In this document: positions 58,919 through 64,000 of the stretch, piece after piece
Numbering within the stretch: the stretch's first letter is position 1
Layout of the letters: each line of letters begins with the position of its first letter
Origin: Candidatus Thorarchaeota archaeon
GTDB taxonomy: Archaea > Asgardarchaeota > Thorarchaeia > Thorarchaeales > Thorarchaeaceae
Direction: 5' to 3'
Assembly: GCA_004524445.1 (NCBI GenBank)
Contig: SDNP01000007.1
Location: 1 to 64,000, forward strand
Length of the DNA: 64,000 nt
Translations under genes and position numbers: made by a program
Notes under the pieces: model-generated
Told to the model about the DNA's origin: nothing
Seen by the model: the letters and a program-made list of their open reading frames with translations, nothing else
Database searches by the model: none

Positions 58919-59295
58919 GAACGGAAAAAACTCGATATAGCCCTGATGTGATTCTACTCGAAACGTTTCTCTAGATAGAAGTGAATCCTGCATTTCTCTG
59001 GAATGCTGCTTGTATCCGGATATTATCCTAAGGCGGAACTTCTCCTGTTATCACAAAACTATCTGCAATTTCCTCGGGGACGGATAAGGAACCCCCCTCC
59101 GCAAACTGGTTCTTCTGCATCAAAGATACGACATCATCCCTTACATCCTGTTCCACTGATATTGACTGCGAAACCATTTATTCGACTGAAGTGTTAGGCA
59201 TTGTCGAACAACAAAACTTTCTTTTTCCGATTTTTATCGGAGGAAATCTTCAAAAAACTACAAATCATGAAAGGAATGTCATGGCTTGATTTGAT

Positions 59296-59892
59296 ATGAA
59301 GTACATGGAGAACCAAGTGGGCATCTCAAACGCTGCGAAACTACTCATAGCAGGCCTACTTGGAGGCAGTCTTGGAGCGGTGAGGGCAGTCATACTAATC
59401 ACAGCAGACCTCTTGGGCTTGCATGTCCCGTTCGGTGCTCTGATTATAAATGCTATAACTTTGTCAGCAATTTTCTTGACAGGCCTTGGATTCTTTGGTC
59501 TTCATATGGGTCTAGACTCTGTGTTTGGATACCGTAGTTTTCAGGTTGGTGTCTTGACATGCGTCTGCTATCTATGCTATATTCTACAGAAGAGCTTTGA
59601 TGGTCGAACCGACTATGTGTTGCCGGCTATTTTGGGTGAAACATTAGCAGAAACCATCACCATTATAGGACTGCTTCTCTTATTCTCAACCTCTCTCTTT
59701 CTAATGCTCTGTGGATTGACTTTGGTACGATTTGGATATGGCTACTCTTTCGGACCGGAATTATCTTGGACTGGCTTCTTCTACATTCTTGCCTCCTTTG
59801 GTATATTCACCCCTATCGAGTACATCTTCTTACTCGTCCCCTTCCTGCTATCCACCTACATCTTCTACTCGCTTGCAAAATGGGTTGATTAA
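59296..59892 (+). CDS. Hypothetical membrane protein
   Basis: About 6 TM segments. Confidence 0.65.
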   Translation: MKYMENQVGISNAAKLLIAGLLGGSLGAVRAVILITADLLGLHVPFGALIINAITLSAIFLTGLGFFGLHMGLDSVFGYRSFQVGVLTCVCYLCYILQKSFDGRTDYVLPAILGETLAETITIIGLLLLFSTSLFLMLCGLTLVRFGYGYSFGPELSWTGFFYILASFGIFTPIEYIFLLVPFLLSTYIFYSLAKWVD

Positions 59893-59968
59893 GTGTTACT
59901 CCCATGTATGGGAAAGGACCGAAAGAATGATTTCTGGCTGGTTGTACCAATATCAAGGCGTTCCTCTC

Positions 59969-61015
59969 ATGAGTATTAGGTTCTATTCCTCAGGTGTGCA
60001 GCTACTCTTAAACAAAGCCAAAAAAGTCAAAACGGGGAGAAAATTAACTTCTAAAGAAATCAACGAAATTCTCGAAAATTCTGATATCGCGGCATGGCTC
60101 TCTGCATATGATAGTTGGATTGAAGATGTTCATAAGACCTTTCGAAGAATTCTCAAGTCTTTGCATAAGAAATCACCCCATAATTTAAACGAATGGGCTG
60201 AGAGAATCGATTTTGGCCTACGAGTGGCACTAGAAGACACAAAACGTCTTCAGAAATCCGTCGAACTCCTACGTCAATTTGACTGGATGGGTGTTGGTGA
60301 GAGCGTTGTCGAATTCTTGCCCCCGGAAACCAAAATTCAAGCCCAAGTTTTTGCGACGATAGATGGCTTCAATGGGGGAATGTATAGGGAAGACAAAATA
60401 TTCCTATCGCTGGTTCTGCTTGATGCAACGTCCCTTGAACCAGGGTTTTTCAGACATGAATTTCATCATAACGGGTTTGACTACTGGTGGAAAAAACACC
60501 CTCTGGTTAAGAAATATAGCGAAGAGGAAAACTCTCATGAAAAATGGTTCCTTGACACCTTCGCTTACTTGGCGTCGGAGGGCTTGGCTAACGCCTTCTG
60601 TTCTCCTTCAGCTATCTCAAAGGTAGATGGGCATTCGGAGCGTATTCGCCTGCATAACTCCATCATAGAGGAATACGAGCAAAACTGGAATGACCTATTT
60701 GAACGGCTTATCAACCTACTTCATTCAATAATCAACGGAGAGGTTGAAGATATAGTGGATTGCTACGAGGATTTTGCCTTGGATATGAAAGGCGAGGGAC
60801 ATCCCATTGGTCACTTCGTAAGCGGAAGAATGGTCCAACGGATGGACACCTGTATCGATGTACCTCGTCAAGATATAATTGATTTGTGTAAGAATCCCTT
60901 CAAGTTTCTCAAAATCTATAACACGGCCGCACAAGGCGACAAATTCCAGCCCATTCCGCCTGATATAATTACTTCTCTTGATAGCATGTTGAAAAAGATG
61001 CGACAGGAATTGTAG
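59969..61015 (+). CDS. Putative Zn-dependent (gluzincin-like) protease, DUF5700/DUF2268-like
   Basis: HEFHH plus downstream SEGLA third ligand; ATG 59969 avoids overlap with the upstream gene. Confidence 0.75.
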   Translation: MSIRFYSSGVQLLLNKAKKVKTGRKLTSKEINEILENSDIAAWLSAYDSWIEDVHKTFRRILKSLHKKSPHNLNEWAERIDFGLRVALEDTKRLQKSVELLRQFDWMGVGESVVEFLPPETKIQAQVFATIDGFNGGMYREDKIFLSLVLLDATSLEPGFFRHEFHHNGFDYWWKKHPLVKKYSEEENSHEKWFLDTFAYLASEGLANAFCSPSAISKVDGHSERIRLHNSIIEEYEQNWNDLFERLINLLHSIINGEVEDIVDCYEDFALDMKGEGHPIGHFVSGRMVQRMDTCIDVPRQDIIDLCKNPFKFLKIYNTAAQGDKFQPIPPDIITSLDSMLKKMRQEL

Positions 61016-61213
61016 TCATCGGGAAATCAAACCAGCAATCAGTCGGCTCTATCATATTTTCAAAAGCCTATCTTTGGATATATATTCTTGCAGGACTCTT
61101 TGTAAACTTAGCTGATTCCTTGCATGAATCTCTCCTTGAATAAGAATTCACCAGTAGGGAAGAGAAAACACATTTCGATAAGCTTCTAAGGCACTCTAAT
61201 TCAGATTGGACAT

Positions 61214-62287
61214 ATGTCAGTTCTTTTCGACCCGTTCAAGATTGGATCGATGCAGCTAAAAAATCGCCTTATGCGTAGTGCTACAACTTCTGCTTTCTCA
61301 AGACCTGATGGAACTATTCGTCCTGCTATTGTAGAGTTATACTCGGATTTGGCCAAAGGCGGAACGGGACTCATTGTAAAAGGTCATCTCTATGTCTTGG
61401 AGACTGGAAAGGCCCATGAAGGCATGGCGGGAATAAGTGACGACAAGCACATTTCCGGATTGAAAGAAATCACAAAGGCTGTTCATGAGCATAACGGGAA
61501 GATAGTCGCTCAGCTCAATCATGCTGGCATCAATCATAAGGGTGATCGTGCAGGCCCAAGCGAATATAAGGGGGATAATTGGCAATCCAGGGCGTTATTA
61601 GAGAACGAAATCGAAGAAATCATCGATGCATTCGGTGATGCCGCTGAGAGGGCGCTACAAGCTGATTTTGATGGTGTTCAAATACATGGCGCTCATGGAT
61701 ACCTGATTAGTCAGTTCCTTAGTAAACTGGTAAACACCAGAGATGACCAGTGGGGTGGCAGCCTCAATAAAAGGATGAACCTTCTCATACGGGTATATGA
61801 TGAGATTCGTAGAAGGGTGGGGAGGGTCCCATTGTTGCTTAAACTCAACAGTGATGACTTCAGCCCAAATGGATTCACTATAGAAGACAGTATTCGGGTT
61901 GCCCAAGTGATGTATGAGAAAGGGATTGATATCATTGAGATAAGCGGGGGCGGCATCGGAAGAAGGCAAGATCTCAGATCTCGTGCGGAACATGACGATG
62001 ATACATTCAGCGAACTTGCTTTTGCGGGACATGCTGCGAGAATTCGAAACCATACTGGTTCTGCGCCAATGGCATTAGTCAACGGATTTCGTCAACAGAA
62101 AACAATGCAAGCATCAATTGAGAGAGGTTTAGTTGACGTTGTTAGTATGAGTAGGCCCTTTATCCGGGAACCCACCTTGGTCAAAAAACTAAAAGAAGGA
62201 CAAGATGAAGTCCAATGCATCAGATGTGACAAGTGTCTGGGAGAAGACGTCTTCGGAAAAGTCATGTTACAGTGTCAGTTGGATTAA
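61214..62287 (+). CDS. NADH:flavin oxidoreductase (Old Yellow Enzyme family)
   Basis: LKNRLMRSAT, QLNHAG, DGVQIHGAHGYLISQFLS, SRPFIREP, CIRCDKC. Confidence 0.93.
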   Translation: MSVLFDPFKIGSMQLKNRLMRSATTSAFSRPDGTIRPAIVELYSDLAKGGTGLIVKGHLYVLETGKAHEGMAGISDDKHISGLKEITKAVHEHNGKIVAQLNHAGINHKGDRAGPSEYKGDNWQSRALLENEIEEIIDAFGDAAERALQADFDGVQIHGAHGYLISQFLSKLVNTRDDQWGGSLNKRMNLLIRVYDEIRRRVGRVPLLLKLNSDDFSPNGFTIEDSIRVAQVMYEKGIDIIEISGGGIGRRQDLRSRAEHDDDTFSELAFAGHAARIRNHTGSAPMALVNGFRQQKTMQASIERGLVDVVSMSRPFIREPTLVKKLKEGQDEVQCIRCDKCLGEDVFGKVMLQCQLD

Positions 62288-62409
62288 CATCTCCCAGTCA
62301 ATACTCTGGAATTTTTCATCCAAGGCATCAGGACAAAATCCGTCTATATGTGAGATTTGATGACGCTATGCACAGCTGGTAATATTTATATATGTATATG
62401 ACACCGTAC

Positions 62410-62429
62410 TATACATCATACAGTGTATA
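62410..62429. promoter_or_regulatory. Candidate PadR operator
   Basis: TATACA-N8-TGTATA inverted repeat about 25 nt upstream of the padR-family start. Confidence 0.45.
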
Positions 62430-62453
62430 ACACACAGTGAAAGGCGATATATA

Positions 62454-62846
62454 ATGGACAATACCACACACCAAAAATGGAGTGATGCTCCGAAAAAAGC
62501 ACTCGATGAGTTTGACCGTTGGTCTAAAGAGGTCAAACGCGGAGCAGCATCTCTTGCCATTCTGGCTGTTCTTGAAGAACAGGAGGCTTATGGTTATGAG
62601 ATCGTCAGACAACTCAGTGAGCGTGTTTCATTCCTGCAACTTGAGCAGGGCACAGTCTATCCTCTCCTTCGTCGACTTGAGAAGAGAGGCCTACTTGCAA
62701 GTGAGTGGAACTATGACGATCCATCAAAGCCAAAGAAATACTATGGATTGACCTCTCCAGGTCAGAGTACGCTTGAGATGATGATGGAAACCTGGGTAAT
62801 ACTATCCCAAGAAATGAATAAGTTGATGAAAGGAGTTGAATTCTAA
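62454..62846 (+). CDS. PadR family transcription regulator
   Basis: YGYEI, GTVYPLLRRLEKRG, KKYYGLT. Confidence 0.93.
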   Translation: MDNTTHQKWSDAPKKALDEFDRWSKEVKRGAASLAILAVLEEQEAYGYEIVRQLSERVSFLQLEQGTVYPLLRRLEKRGLLASEWNYDDPSKPKKYYGLTSPGQSTLEMMMETWVILSQEMNKLMKGVEF

Positions 62847-63916
62847 TGGGCGATTCGCCTAAAGATTTAATCGATAAATATCTAGAACGAGTACGAGTAT
62901 ATCTTCCGGTGGGAAGTGAAGAAACACTACTTGAAATGAGGACCCATCTCATTGAAGAGGCACAAAGGCTAGGAGATGGGAGAATAACGCATGGTTCTGC
63001 TATGATGGCTATTGAACGGTTTGGAGACCCCAAAGAAGCCGCTAATGCATATGCAGGCACTGGGAAGAAAGTGGGTCCGATTCCCGCTGAATATTTCCAT
63101 CCTCTCTTGAGAATTGGATTGATATTAGCAGCATTGAGTGCAGTTTTTATTGTTGCCAGTTACTTCGTGGGATTGGCAGTTCCCGGATTAGGGTTCCTAC
63201 AAAACTTTCCATTTAGTATCCTAGCCATGATTGCTATTTCTCTTGTCTACGCCTTCATTATCATTGGAGGATTGTCTTTATTGGATAGAGGAAAGCCACC
63301 AACAGAAAAGACCACTCTTGAGAGTGTACTTGGCATAGGGAGCGGCGTCTTCAAACCCAAAGGGCGCTGGGAGGCATTAGGTGAGGCTGTGTTTGGAACC
63401 ATTTTTGGCGTCATTTTACTCCTACCCCAAATTATGCTTCTCTTTCGTCCTACGTTTCTAGTATTCCTGTACGCAGGAGCTCTGCTAATCTTTCTTGATG
63501 CTATCAAGGGACTGCTCTTCTTCCTTGCAGGAGAAAACAATGTCACCCTCCTGATACAAGCCGCGATTGCAGCCATGTGGGTTATTCTCGCGGTCTTTCT
63601 CATCAATGTATCATGGCCCCTCGAGTCCTTCTATGTATTCAATGGAGATGTTGGGACCTGGCTGCTCGTGACTGTGGAGGACATCCAGAGTACTCTGCCA
63701 CCTGAAATCAATGTCAGTCTGGGTCTGTCACTTATGTGGATCTTCATCATCTTCATTATCGTAGTGACTAACCTTTGGTCGGTCCTGATATCTGCAATGA
63801 AGATTCCAATGTATCTTGAAGAAGGCAAGGGCTGGTGGTGGCAGGGTAGATGGACTGCTAAGGACTATGAAACCCTTATTGATGTCACGGACATGGATCA
63901 ACAGGCTTCATCATGA
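62846..63916 (+). CDS. HAAS-domain membrane protein (PadR partner)
   Basis: IDKYLERVRVYLP...EMRTHL...RFGDPKEAA.AY followed by several TM; translationally coupled to padR. Confidence 0.8.
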   Translation: MGDSPKDLIDKYLERVRVYLPVGSEETLLEMRTHLIEEAQRLGDGRITHGSAMMAIERFGDPKEAANAYAGTGKKVGPIPAEYFHPLLRIGLILAALSAVFIVASYFVGLAVPGLGFLQNFPFSILAMIAISLVYAFIIIGGLSLLDRGKPPTEKTTLESVLGIGSGVFKPKGRWEALGEAVFGTIFGVILLLPQIMLLFRPTFLVFLYAGALLIFLDAIKGLLFFLAGENNVTLLIQAAIAAMWVILAVFLINVSWPLESFYVFNGDVGTWLLVTVEDIQSTLPPEINVSLGLSLMWIFIIFIIVVTNLWSVLISAMKIPMYLEEGKGWWWQGRWTAKDYETLIDVTDMDQQASS

Positions 63917-63967
63917 CCAAGCCATTTGAATGATGGATACAACAATCGGAGTTAAGAATACGTAATA

Positions 63968-64000
63968 GAGAGGAGAAGGCATCTCCTCTCATGCCCCTTT
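63968..64000 (+). terminator. Hairpin downstream of the padR operon
   Basis: GAGAGGAGA-aggca-TCTCCTCTC 9-bp stem. Confidence 0.45.

Noticed and set aside
59003-59197. 64-aa ORF in the fwdA downstream gap
   Set aside because: No motif or SD-like signal and atypical composition; cannot be supported.

Overview
Archaeal chromosomal window, most consistent with an Asgard archaeon of the Thorarchaeota type. This placement is inferred from gene content and protein style: archaeal rpl3-rpl4-rpl23-rpl2, cdrS-ftsZ, SmAP3, srp19-gar1-RPC34/TFE-beta-like, trm1, an intron-containing tRNA, a DUF3160 protein, and a clustered H4MPT methyl branch (fwdDBAC, ftr, mch, mtd, mer) with no mcr in view. It holds about 60 CDS, three tRNAs (Thr-GGT, Pro-TGG, Ile-GAT with intron) and no recognisable transposase or CRISPR array. 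Two unannotated elements stand out. (1) A stand-alone, highly structured RNA gene of about 226 nt at 9951-10176, with a TATA-like box upstream, whose ends fold into a canonical bulge-helix-bulge (BHB) splice motif. This predicts excision and circularisation of a 197-nt RNA by the tRNA-splicing machinery. It lies directly behind a PD-(D/E)xK-like gene. (2) A 39-codon ORF at 21290-21409, absent from the ORF track, encoding a short leader plus two identical DPFDPYNPEPW cores, which resembles a multi-core peptide precursor. Also notable are a probably inactive Mch paralogue and a CoA-transferase-GNAT/OFA transporter/Acs module. All folding and motif calls were made by eye; no searches were run.
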